A stretch of DNA of 64,000 nt. Source: the human T2T-CHM13v2.0 reference genome, Homo sapiens. Under the pieces are notes generated by a model. The model was not told where the DNA came from. It was given only the letters and a program-made list of their open reading frames with translations, and did not search any database. A program made the position numbers and the translations under genes. Location: NCBI RefSeq assembly GCF_009914755.1, contig NC_060936.1, one strand, 5' to 3'. The first letter of the stretch is position 1; each line of letters opens with the position of its first letter. Positions 14,950 to 27,560 of this stretch are shown piece after piece.

Positions 14950-15950
14950 CCCTAAAATCGCCTTTGGCGTGTGCAGCTCGAGCGTTACAACGATGCAAAG
15001 TGCGGTCTTTGGAGGATGCGGGAGTCGGTAACCCCTCAATTCACTCTCGCCGTTCCTTCTCTCCAGTCTGCGCGAAAGCCAGGTCCGAGGGCTTCGAAGA
15101 TCTGGGGGACCCGAGCTGCGCACAGTGGCGGGAAACGAGCGGGCTCAGCTGGCCGGGCCGCGTCCCCTAGCCACCGCCCGCCCGCCCGCTGCTTTGGCCT
15201 CCGGAGAAGCCTGGAGAGGGGCCTGCGCCTCTTGAAAAATGGCTTTTGGGGGCGGTAGGTCTCGGGAGGGCGACTGGGGAAAGTGACTTGCCGCGGCTTC
15301 GAGTAGAGACGTTGGTGCGGGACCCAACTCCTGGGGAAGGCGGGGAGCGCTGGGCGGATGCCTGGCCCTAGTGCGGCGCCAACACATACAAGTTCCGCTG
15401 TGAATGTTTGAAAGTGTAAGTTTCTCTCGGATTGATTTTTTTTTCCTTTAAATGTATCCCCTTCAAAAAAAAAAAAAAAACAAAAAACAAAAAACACAAA
15501 GACGTGGACAGGCAGGCGCCACCCGGTCTGGGAGCTGAGGTTCGTGACTGCTGCCGATTTCGTTTGGTTCAAGTTGAGAAAATAAGGGTCTCCCCGTCCC
15601 AGGCTGGGAGCGTGGGTACTTCCGTCTCTGGACTGTGCAAACCGTCTGGGGCTGCCTCCCAGACTGGCATGCTCTCCCCGCCCCCTGAAACCTAGGGAAG
15701 GTTTCCTGGAGGCACTGGACTCCAGATCCCTGCAGGGCGGGACGGAGAAAAAGCCCTGAATACCACTGCCCACACCCCTCCAAGTCGGGAGCCCCCACGC
15801 GCCAGTCGAGCCTACGCAGCTGTGGGGTGGGAAGGAGAAGACAAGTCCTCCGCCAAGAACTCCCCCACGCAGCTCCTGCCATTCCCTCCGCCTGATTTCT
15901 GCTGGAGGAGGTCGTCAGTTTGCAGGGGCAGAATACGAAGCCTCCGGGGA
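14950..15950. promoter_or_regulatory. Orphan CpG island upstream of the cluster
   Basis: Abrupt GC/CpG-rich block with no credible CDS. CTCF-like AGACCGGGTGGCGC on - at 15516-15529. Confidence 0.7.
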
Positions 15951-18900
15951 ATTAGACAAGACAATATTCCTGAGCTCTTTGAACGGCCCAGGTAGAGAAG
16001 AAAATTAAACAATGTAACTCATCTCTCTGCAAGTAAAGATCTAGAGCGAGATTAAGACCCTCATCCCCGGCTTTTCCTCTGAAGCTCCCCCAGAATAAGC
16101 CCGCAGGTTAGAGCTGGCTAGGTCAGGGAGTGCAAGAAGAGGTGCCTTTCGACATGGAGAAAGAGTACTCTCCCCCACAGATTTTGATACTTGATGCTGA
16201 AGCTACCAAGTAAAGGTTGAAGAAATGTTGGAGAGGGAGGTGCGGCGGGTGGGGATGTTCCTTACTGTCCTAGGTATTTGTAACCAAGGTAGATTTTGAA
16301 GTTATTACAAACATGTTCCCTGTTCAAATAGCATGGACCCCATTCTCCAGGCTCCACTGTGTGAGGCGGGTTTACAGCCTCAAGGTTCTCCCTGAGGTTG
16401 GGGATAGGGAATAACGCTAATCCTGCATTATAAAAAATAAAATAAAATAAAATAAAAATCCTGAAAGCTTAATTATCGAATAATTCAGATAAGTCCTCCT
16501 CCCGTCACTCACCTTTCGATTATTTGAATAATTCAGGAAAATGCAAATTCTGATTGTTTGTGGAGACTCATCATCGCTGGACAGTAAAAAGAGAGAGAAA
16601 CAAGGAAAATCTAATAGAGAACAGCGCTCCAAGATGGTGAAATGGGTCTTCTGTGCATTTTTCCTTGTGTAGAAAGATAGAGTTGCCTTCCTGGGCATTA
16701 TTTCCTGGAAGATATTGTATCTGTTGTGATAAAATGTAGAGTTAGATCAAGTCACCAAAATGCATATATGTGTGTGTGTATATATGTGTGTATATACACG
16801 AGAGAGAGAGAAGAGGGAACAAACATGGGTTTCTACTTGTGTCTATGAAAAATTTTATTTCTTGGCAGAAAGAATATTTGGGCTCCATTTTGTTTGTTTG
16901 TTCTTTATTTTTTTCCAAGAAGATCATAGCTGGGTAGGACCAGTCTCCTCCACATAGTTTTTAAGCTGAATATGCACTTGCAAAGTGAAGTTGGGGCATC
17001 ACCCACATAGCCTTCAGGTGGAAACTCGACTTGAAACTGCAAATTCAGATTTGTCTTCCAGGTGTACTGGCAGAGCATCTGAGATCCCCTGTTGGCTTCA
17101 CAGCCTGAGGAGTGAGCCCAGAGAAGCCAGGAGACTGCAGTGGGTGTCTCCGGACCTTGCAAAGAACTCACTTTCCTAAAGGCTGAACTCAGAGCTAGAC
17201 ATCCTGAAGGATCAAGTCATCAAGGATCAAGGAGCAGTCATGTTTGACGGGGAGAGGGTTGGTTGGGCTTTCTTCTTCCCAGGATTAACCACATTTGGGA
17301 AACTTTTTTCAAGGGTGAGGGTGAGGCTAAACTTTGAAAGGTAGTGAATCCGCTTTTCTTATTGGTAATATTTGGAAGGAAAAATTCACCACTGTTTATG
17401 ACCTTGCCCCTACTACTTAAAGTACAGAGCATTTTAAAGATAAGACTTAAAATAGGAAATTTGTAGACCCCAGTGCACCAAGTTTAGAAGTAGATTTGAA
17501 ACATGACCAACTGTGAGTGCATGTTGTCATTGTAGGCTTCTGTATAAGACATAACCATGCCATTTCATATGTATTATATTCAGCAAATGACAACAAATAC
17601 ACAGCCACATCAAAATTAATAATAAGATTCCTGAGAGCTGAATAGTTTGCTTTCTTCCTTTGCCGTTATTCCAGCTAAGATTAACCAGCTTTTCAGAAGT
17701 CTATTATCATGGTTTCTTTACCTTTGGTTCCCAGCCCTTGCCCACCACCTCCTACTTCCCCACATTTCTTTTTGAGCCCGAGATTCACTCAACCTTCTTT
17801 GACAAATCTTTATAGGTGTATGATTATCTTTGTCACACTTTCCTACCCCAAAACTGGGCATAAACCACAGAAAATAGTCTTTTTATTCCTTTGTTTCCCC
17901 ATTTGGGAGGACCCCTTTCCACAGGGACCTGTGAGGGGAGAAGAAAGGGAAGGCTGATTCTTGGTCTTGGCCGTGGATGTTGCGAAGAGAAATTGGCAGT
18001 CAGGATGTATCCCTCTGGAGGCACAGGGACCTAGCTCCCGACGCTCCGCGTCTGTTCACACAAGCATGCTCATGAATGCCCAGGCCCTAGGGTGAGTCCG
18101 CTGTCTACCCACACACTCAGAGCTCTCCAGGAACTTACTTGAGTCTCTCCTACCCCCACAAATAAATGTACCCACCTGTGTGCTCAGCAATAGGTGCACA
18201 TAACGTGCACACAGGGCATCAGTCAGGATTGCGTGTGTGACTATGCCTGCCCCACTGGACCTGCTCTGGCGCCAGGTAGTGTCGCGGGCGCTTCCTAGTG
18301 CGGGCACTCATCCTGCTGCTCTCCGGTCGGCCATTTATTGTCTTGTGGGGAAGGGCTTTCGCCAAGAAACTTGGTCTGGGTTAGTGAAATAAAATACTAA
18401 ACAATTACTATATGTAAAATTTTAAAACCAGCATATTAAAATAAACTAAGGAACTCTCTGTCGTGGGAGAAATCCACAGGAAAAGGAAGAGAAGGAGTTA
18501 GATGCTGGCGCCGAGTTCCTGGCGGAGCCAGGCGGCGGTGACTCCTCAGGCTGAGCGGAATCGCCATCCAGGCGCCGGAAACGACCCGAATCCCAAAATC
18601 CGTGGAAGAAAATTGCGCTGAAAGAACAGAGCCAACGCCCCCGTCCTGCCAAGTTTGGCGAGACGGCAAGTTGGCTTCAGGAGCACAATGCCGCTAAATG
18701 ATGCCTAAGAGAAAAATTCTCCCAGAGAATTGTCTGGGAGCAACAGCAAAGACATGGTGTTTTTATTCTCTTAGACATGGTGTTTTTATTATCTATTAAA
18801 AATACAACTCTAAAAAGCATCTCTGCACTTACATATACCTACATACCATTTCCGTTTAATGGCTGACTGCATTAGAAAACAACATGAATGGAAATGCATT

Positions 18901-21900
18901 AACAAAGCATCTGTACTAATACACATCTTTACCCACAGAACTATACGTTGGTCAAGCCTCCCCCCATCTCAGCATGAGCATAAACACAATTAAAGCCTTT
19001 AAGCTTTTTCATTAAACATAACTATGTTGTCATATTCAAAGAATATATTATTTTTTAAAAATTGTAAGATTGTTATATGGATAATAAGGTAATCCTAATT
19101 ATATGGATATGGGTATCTGAGGACACATTTCTTATGTTAATATTTATCTGAAGTTCCTATAACACCAAACAAAACATGTATTACATACTTTCTTGTCTAG
19201 AAATAAGTCTATAATAGATAAGAGGAATAAATCTGTATTTCTTCTTTGGAGGGAAATTCATTAATAAGCCAAGCACTGAAAAGAGAGCTACAAGTGCTTT
19301 AAATCACAAATACAGGCTATAGCAGACTATTCTCCCAAGGCCTTGGAGTAGGAGAAGAATTGCACAAGGTCCCCTCTTTTTGGGCTTTAAGAAATGCAGC
19401 TCTGCAAACTTGAGGATGTTCTTCTTTCCCAGCTATTTGCTTATAGTGGTTAAGCCTAAGGAGAGATGACTGCCTTTGAATAGAGCAGTTGGGTCTTTCC
19501 CAAGCTCACAGTCTAACAATGTTTTCTTCCTTTTCATGTCCACCTCACCAGCCTGCCCCAACCAGCACCCCTGTTACAACACCCACAAATGTCTCCATAC
19601 TACACAAGCACAATGCATACTTGTTTTAACACATGTTCCACAGCATGTGCACTGTCCAAAAACCAGGACTTAGCAATCATGTTCCGCGGAAATGCTAAAG
19701 ACTATCAAATTTGAGGTGTCTGGGGTGGTCTCTTTGCCTTGAAAGATATTTCCTCTGATCTGAGTTAAATTTTTTTCTGACTATGCAGGTGATACATAAT
19801 TCCAATATTTTGGAAAAGGAAAAATGAATGCCCCCATTCTCCTTTCTAGTTCCTTAGACTTCATCAGCTTTGCTGCATGTACAAGGCAACACGACGGCTA
19901 AGATTTAAAAAGTGCCTCTAAATACTCCCTGAAGGGGGGAAATTTGGATGAGAGGGAGGAGGCAGTGAGGGAGGGAAAGTTTAACACTCCCCAACCCCAA
20001 GGATATCAGAGTGATAGTTTCCCTCCAGTCACCAAAACTGTACCAAATTATATATGTTTAGGATGATTTAATTAATTACTACCAGCAAGAATCTTGTCCC
20101 AGATACCCAAATATACAAGCTCCCTTCTACCTTTTTGTTCCATAGATCCCAGTCAAGGTTAGTCATTTTAGCAAAAAGGTGTTTCTTTCCCCCTTTAGTT
20201 GAGCCTTGGGTCTCTCTTCCCTCTCTTTTGGAAGTGGAGGGGTTAAATTTTCTTTCTTTTGATGAGGCATCTTTTGAAAATCCTTTAATTTCTTGTGTTC
20301 TGCTCAGTGATTTTCATATTAGAATGTGCTTTGGCTGCAACTGCTGAGGTGTCTGGTCATGGAGAGAGCTAGGCTGTGATCCATCTAGGATATAATTTTT
20401 CCTCTTTCCTGTGATGAAATATATATATATTCCTTCCATTATCTCCCTTTTAGGACCCCACCAAATTCCAGTTCCCACACCATGGTGGGACTAAGGAGGC
20501 CCCTCACCTCATAAGAGGTGAAATGCTCGGCCCTTCAGCTATGCCTTTTGTATTTGGTCATTCTTTGGGACAGGTTAACCAGTGCACTTTGACCCAGAAG
20601 AATGCCGTATTGAGGCCCATCCCCTCCCTGCCCTAAGAAAAATGTTATTTTCCATATCTGTTTTTAAAGTAACTGGAAATCTTTTAAAAGAAGGAAAAAA
20701 AGATTGGCTGGTCTGCCTCCCTTCTAGGAGCCTCAAGCCTAAACTTTAAAAGATGAAGGTAATGATCGAAAGTGATAAATACCTTTTCCAGGCATTCGGT
20801 TTGTTGGCTTTCTGACCAAAAGGGGCTTTTGTTAGGTCTGTACAGGAAGCCAAATTCAGCCCCCAGCAAATACTCCTCCACCTCTTCCCCATCCCCCCTC
20901 AGCTCTCTTGTCTAATTTGAAAATGAACTTGGACTTCCCTCTCAGACAGGCCCTAAAACCGAGAGAGATTTTACTTGTCTGTTTCTGAAGGGCTTCCTAA
21001 AAGGGGAAGGGTGTTTAGTGGGAAGGGAAGGGGACAGGAGGCCTTTTCCCCCAGTAGAGGACAGGGTGGGGGTAGGGGATGTAGTGAAGCCAGAAGGCGG
21101 GAGGAGATACTTTGTTAATTTCTTAACTCTGTGTTTATTCCCTGAACTTCTTTTGTCAATGAAAGGTAAGAGTAGGGAGGGGGCCAAGTGACAGACTGAG
21201 ATATTGCCCAAAAAGAAAAGGGGGTGGATGGGGTAAGGGCTAGAAAAGGGCTGAGGAAGGAGGGGATGAGGAAGGTTGGGGAAGGGGCTCTGTGATGAGC
21301 TTGGCAGGGCTAGGAGCGCGGGGAAGCTGTGAAAGAAAGAGGACTGGGGTTAGGGACTCCAGAAGCCTCCAGAGGAGGCATTCTGACAGTTCTCCATGGA
21401 AGGGGCCACTTGACGTCCCCCGACCAAACCCAGTACACCACCAAGCAGAGTCTGCAGCTGGGGGCATCCTGGAGGAGAAACCAGGAGAAGATTTGTGATA
21501 GCCTAAACTTGGACCCCCTGTATGGATCCCTGCAGAGCCAGAGAGGAAAAGGTCTTCCGGGTGACCCCAAACCTTAGCCAGCACTGCAAGTCCTAACTAG
21601 GCAGCAGAGAGGAATGGATTTCCCTGATATCTATCACAGGAAAATAAGTGGGGCCTGGAGGTAGGCAAGTTTGGGTTTAAGAGCGGAAAACTCTGAAACA
21701 AGGAGCAAAGTGATGCTTCAGCTACCCTGGTCCCATCTTCCCTCAAGCTGGGGGCCTAGGGAGGGAGAACACTAAAGGTGGAAGATGCCAGGATGGCAGC
21801 TGCTGTCCAGGAGGTGAGTTCCCAAGCTAGTAGAAGAGGCCTAGTTGCCATTTTCAGAGGCTGGGCTGTGGGAGTAGAGAGATCAAAGTAGAGCAGGTTC

Positions 21901-22849
21901 CAGAGGGATCCAGGAGCCTGGGAGGAGGCATCCATGTCTGCAGGGTCCATGGCTGCAGGGACGAAGGGACCTCCTGGAGCCCAGAGAAGTGGAGGGAACG
22001 GAAAAAGGAGGGGAGGGTATTGGGCAGGTCCAGGGAGCTGCAGGATCAGCCAGTTTTCTTTCCTTCTCTACCAATATCACCCTCTGCAGCCCATCAGGAA
22101 TTTTCTCCAAGCATGTGGGAGGGTCTTCCCACACTGACACACCCTCAAGGGTATACCCCCTCATATGCCCTTTCTGAACCCCCAATCCCTTCCTATAAGT
22201 GGCCTCTCTCAAACATCCCTTTCTTGGCTAGCTCAGGCCCTGTCTTCCTCTATCCTCCACAAATCTCCTCTTCCATCGGCAGCCTGAACCTTGGACAGGA
22301 AAGGGCCCCCAAACCCTTTGCCTGCCCTATAAGGCCCCAAGTCTGGGCCAGAATCCAGACCCCATGGTGGTGAGGCTCTTTGTTCTCCTACAGCCTCAAC
22401 CCACCCCCACCTTTTTTAAAACTGGAATTTCTCCCATTAAAAGCGGGTTGGGGGAGCAGGAGCTTCAGCGCTTTAAGCTCCCCCCCGCCCCCCGCCCATA
22501 TGGAGGAAACAGAGAAAAGGGCTGCAGGGAGAGAAATCATCTGACACCTAATTTTCAGAGGAGAAAATCTGGGCATTGAATAAGGGACACAGAAACGCCA
22601 TTTCTTTCATCCTTTTCCCTAGCCTAGCATTGAAGCTACACCCAGCCCTCAAATGTGTGCATCAGGCTTGCACCCTCCGCTTGCAAATGTTGCTAAGTTA
22701 CACCTCTGACTTCGTCTTAGATACAGTGGGGCATGAATTCCACCCCTCGACTTCAAAAAGACACAGACTTCTGCTTCTTCATTTTTCTATATTTTCCTGG
22801 GGGATGTCTTTGTAAGTAGCGTAGGAAGAACATGTAAATTAAAAGTGTA

Positions 22850-25800
22850 TACAGACAGACAAGCAGAGACCTTTATTTGCATACAGAGGATTTAGGCAGA
22901 GAGCTGGGTATCTTTAGGAACTCATTTGGGCTGTGTCCACAAGGCCGTGTGCTGAAACGGTGCAGGCAGCCTGCACCCATCCCTAAACTCACAGGCACGC
23001 AAGCGCACGCGCACACGCACATACACAGACGCTTCCCGTGAAAAAGCATATTAAATATCTCCTTTCTGTGTTGGATCATTTAAAAGAAAACATTTCAGAG
23101 TTGAACTTAGCCGAGAGCTTGGTTCATGAGCTGTAGCTGAGGGCAGAGTGGCTTCTGCCGCTCCGCGGTTGTAGAAGTCCCTTTGAAAAAGCAGCCGAGA
23201 GCAGAGCCGGGGCTTCCCGACGAGGCTGAGGAGCCGTTTTCCATTTTCCTTTCGTATAATTAAATGCTCCGTCTTTCTCCGCATACCAGCAGCTGGATTT
23301 TCTCTAAACTTCATCCACAGTCAAACCTCACTGCCTCATCCCCGAAGGCCGGCGGGGCGCGCCCGGGTGAGCACCGCAGCCGAGGGTTTCAGCGCCAGGC
23401 CCTGGAAAGGCTTTCTAGGGCGAGATCGCCTTGGAGATGTAATTACTACGTTTCTAGTGGTGCATATTCTCCTGGAGTGTTTAATTTGATTTTACTTGTG
23501 TCTCAGCGAGATCCACATTTTTTTTTCGGGGGAGGGGGAAGAAACCACCCCAGGCTTAAAGTTAATTAACCAGCAAGGCTTTACTTTCCACCGCCCTCCT
23601 GCAGGCTCTTGCCTCGGCGCCTCCCTTCCCGATCCCGGCTCGCCCCAGACTTGGAGACTGCGTTTGCAGGCGCGAAAGGTCTTGGGGAACCAAGCAAAAG
23701 AAGAGGGAATTGCTCAGAGCAAGCGGACTTCCCCAGCCGCCTTTAGCGCCCTTAGCCCAAACTTTCCCCTCCAGCCTTCCCACTCCTCCAAGTCGCTTTA
23801 GGGGCCTACAACTTCGGCTGGTCTTCTTGAGGAAGAGGACTATGGTTCCCTTTCTTTCTTCTCGCCACTAAATTTTGGCCGCATAGTGCTCCTAATAAAT
23901 GGAATTGTAAAGTTGCCGGATTAATTAAATCTATATCTCATTGCAATAGGAATAGTTAATGCCCTCATATAAACCTGGAAAAGACCATACTATTAATTTT
24001 ATTTATTGCTTGGCCGCCCTGCACCCAGATCCTTCACGCCGTTCTGGTTCCCACTCCCGCCATTCTGGTTCCTACTCCCAAAGGCTGGGGACGTGTCTTT
24101 GAGTCCTGGCCCGCGGAAAACGGGTCCGGCGTTGGGCCTGACCGGGGAGGGAGCCCCAAGAATGGGGTGGGCGTTTCATGCCCTTTGTTTCTCCTGGCAG
24201 CCCTGCAGAACCCTGTCCACAGCGCCCCACTACTTCCACCTGGGAGCAGCACTTCACAGAAGGGGAGGCCAGGATCTGGGTTCCACTTCTACTACCCGCG
24301 GCTGGAAAAAGGCAGGCGTCTCCACCCACCCACCCCCACCAGCCAGGCCTTAGGCAAGGGGGCCAACGTCATACAACCCAGTCTAGACTTGGCCAGGCCC
24401 TGTTTGCTCTCCTCGTTTTACCTTGACCTTGGACTCCAGCAGCAGGATAAGCAGTTTCCTAGCAGAGCCGGCTCCCAGCAAGACCCTATCTTCCACTGGG
24501 CTCATCTCTCCCCGCCCCTCCCTCATTGCCCTCAATGCACACTCGAGCTGGTCTCCTTATGTCTTAACTCTCTTTCTGTTGTATTTTTCCTCCTAATGCC
24601 AGCCCAGCCCGCAGCCTGCTTTCTGAACTCTGAGCTGACCCTTCTGGATGAAGATCACGCAGATAAGAATTACTATCCTAACTCACCGATGTCCGGGTGC
24701 TCTCAACCGTCAAACACCACCTTCTCCCCACAAAGAGGAAGGAGGTGGCCCGAAGGGGTTTCTGCAGACCTGTCCATTTGCTCTCCACTTGAGGGGTGCA
24801 GTAGGTCTGGCTGAGCGAGGCGCTGCTCTGTGGCCATGGTCTGTGCGCTGGCTGCACACGAGCACTCAGCATTTAAAACCTGTGGCAGAGGCAGGAAAGA
24901 AGGAAACGCTGCAGCCCCTTTCCCCTCTTATTTTTCTCTCTTCATTACGATTTCTCAGGGAGGTCCTGTGCTGAAAGGGAACTTGACTCAATTCCACGGA
25001 GATGCTCCCTTAGAAAGGGGTGACTCTATTGAGGCTCCTGACAAGTTGGGAGATTGGGAGGAAAGAAGGGAGAGCTTTTGAAGAATCAGTAAGTTGGTGT
25101 TAATTTTTTCTTTGAAATAGGGGGCAGTTTTAGATCATGAAACTATTCCTCACTAAAAGAGGGTGACCTAAGAAAGCCGTGGGAGCTCCATTGCGGGTAT
25201 TCAAACTGGGGACTGTGTCATGTGGCTTAACCCAGGCCCCTGAGGGCAGAGGTGGGTTCTGCAGGGTCCCCCAGAGTGGCGCCAGAGAGAGGTCCCTCCA
25301 AAGGTGTAGCACTGAATCTCCCCCATTTTCCACGTTTTCTTTTGTATACCTATAGAAAGCGCGCTCTCCTTCGCATCCAGGGCTTTTAGCTTTCCCAGGC
25401 TGAATCTTGCGCCCCCACCACCCGCATTTCTTTGAAAAACCTCACTCTGAGATTTTTTATTTCTATTACATATTGAAATATCAGTCTATTCTATTGCTTT
25501 TATTTCCCTCGTTTTATTCTTTCTCCATTTATTGCCGAGTATATTCCATTGCCTCTCGATCCCCTGCCCCAGGTGATGAATTCTGTATTTGGGGGTTGTC
25601 ACACCCCTCTCCGCTTGAGAAAAATCCAGCGAGGTAAAGCAGAGTGTCCTTTTCAGACATCTAGAGTTTTGGGGAATGTGGCTGAAGGTAGGAAATGGAA
25701 ACACAATCCCGGCATCAAAGGCTCGCTACGCAGCATCGGGTTCTTTCCAGCCGCGAGCGGAGGCGAGCTGCCAGGGCCAGAGCGCTCCTGACTGTTTTCT

Positions 25801-27165
25801 ATTATCTTCATTTATTATTTTTTAAAACCTGGTTTCTTCCCCACCCTTAGCTTCAAGCCCCAATCCAGAGACTTCAGCAGTCACAGTGATCGGCTTGGCG
25901 GTAGGGGGTCTGTCTCTCCGGTGCACATCCTATGCCTAGGCGGAGGCGCCCAGTTACAGCGCTCTCCTCCCTACACCCCTTTGCGTCGGCCAAATTCAGC
26001 CTCCCCCCCCTCCCTCTCCCTCCCTGGGGCCTGCCGGGGGCGTCTCCCTGTCCCTTTAAATCTCCCAGCTCCCGCCTCCTTTGGCCTACCTGAGATCCAA
26101 TCAGCACAGACTTTTTCCCTTTCGCCCCGCCCCACCTCGAGGGGAGGGAACCCCAGGAGACCTGGCCGGGGCATCACGTGCGCAGAGCGGGTCACGTGGG
26201 CGCGGGAGGGGTGCTGAGAGGTGGAGAGCGGGAGCCGGCGGATTTCTTAATGAAGTGTCTCCGCATGCGTAGAGGGAATGTAGGGAGGGAGGTGGAAGCA
26301 CTAGGAGGAGGGGAGGGGTGGAGAGAAAAGAGGGGAGGGATGGGGGGAGGGGAAACAGGAGCGAGGTGTCTCCCTAGCTCGCTGCCTCTGGCAAGTGGAG
26401 TTTTTAAAAAGCTCCAGCAGATCATGTCATGACGACTTCGCTGCTCCTGCATCCACGCTGGCCGGAGAGCCTTATGTACGTCTATGAGGACAGCGCGGCG
26501 GAGAGCGGCATCGGCGGCGGCGGCGGAGGAGGAGGCGGCGGCACGGGCGGAGCGGGGGGTGGCTGCAGCGGAGCGAGCCCCGGCAAAGCCCCGAGCATGG
26601 ATGGTCTGGGCAGCAGCTGCCCGGCCAGCCACTGCCGCGACCTGCTTCCGCACCCCGTGCTGGGCCGCCCGCCGGCTCCCCTGGGCGCCCCTCAGGGCGC
26701 CGTCTATACGGACATCCCGGCCCCGGAGGCGGCGCGCCAGTGTGCCCCGCCGCCCGCACCCCCCACCTCGTCCAGCGCCACCCTGGGCTACGGCTACCCC
26801 TTCGGGGGCAGCTACTACGGCTGCCGCCTGTCGCACAACGTGAACCTGCAGCAGAAGCCTTGCGCCTACCACCCGGGCGATAAATACCCGGAGCCGTCGG
26901 GCGCCCTGCCCGGTGACGACCTGTCCTCTAGGGCCAAGGAGTTCGCCTTCTACCCCAGCTTCGCCAGCTCCTACCAGGCGATGCCCGGCTACCTGGACGT
27001 GTCGGTGGTGCCCGGGATCAGCGGGCACCCGGAGCCGCGTCACGACGCCCTCATCCCCGTCGAAGGCTACCAGCACTGGGCTCTCTCCAATGGCTGGGAC
27101 AGTCAGGTGTACTGCTCCAAGGAGCAGTCGCAGTCCGCCCACCTCTGGAAGTCTCCCTTCCCAGG
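22850..27165 (-). ncRNA. HOXC13-AS: HOXC13 antisense RNA (extent approximate, internal exons not resolved)
   Basis: Known lncRNA at this position. AATAAA on - at 22872-22877. Candidate first donor CCAG|GTAGCC on - at 26993/26992, inside HOXC13 exon 1. Confidence 0.6.
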
Positions 27166-27560
27166 TAAGGAAGGGACCCGAGCGCCGCCGCCGCCGGGGA
27201 CCCCTCCCCGCCCTGCCTGCCCCGGGGCTCCGCGCCCCAACCACCCCCGCCGTCTGGCCCCGGCGCGCCCGCTCGGCTGGGCTGCCTATGGAGCCGGCCG
27301 GGCGAGCTGCACTGAGGAATGCGCCGGGGAAGAAATCTGCTCCGACACGTTCTCTGTAGCTGCCCGGCCGAGAATGAAGCAATCACAGGCGCCCGAAAGC
27401 CGGGCCGCCGGCTCTGCTCTGTCCGGTAGCTCGCCTCCGCCTCCCCTTGCAGGCTCCAGCCTCCCGCCGGGCTCTTGGCCCCTAAACCTGCTTCCGGCAA
27501 GGGATGGGGGCGGGGTGGGCCTATAGTGCCTTGGAATCCAGGACAAAACCCCCAACCCAC
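25700..27560. promoter_or_regulatory. HOXC13 promoter/exon 1 CpG island
   Basis: Very CpG-dense. CCAAT at ~26097, GC box CCCCGCCC at ~26125, tandem CACGTG E-boxes at 26175 and 26193, G-run tract 26281-26352. Confidence 0.85.
26429..27164 (+). CDS. HOXC13: Homeobox C13, coding exon 1 (736 nt, phase-1 junction)
   Basis: ORF MTTSLLLHPRWPESLMYVYED, poly-Gly, YGYPFGGSYY, SSRAKEFAFY, HWALSNGWDSQVYC, HLWKSPFP are paralog-13 motifs. Donor CCAG|GTAAGG at 27164/27165. Confidence 0.98.

Noticed and set aside
14950-24300. EVX or Hox14 pseudogene upstream of HOXC13
   Set aside because: No WFQNRR-like or other homeobox remnant in the translated ORFs or by eye.
24167-24814. 215-aa ORF with a hydrophobic start
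   Set aside because: GTG start, no family resemblance, and antisense to HOXC13-AS.
26192-27382. 396-aa antisense ORF over HOXC13 exon 1 (similarly 42360-43046 and 60614-61126)
   Set aside because: Antisense shadow of GC-rich coding sequence; Arg/Gly/Ala-rich with no recognisable domain.
27165-27526. Unspliced extensions of exon-1 ORFs (HOXC13 to 27526, HOXC12 to 43100, HOXC11 to 61423)
   Set aside because: Each runs through a canonical donor whose use gives the known protein length.
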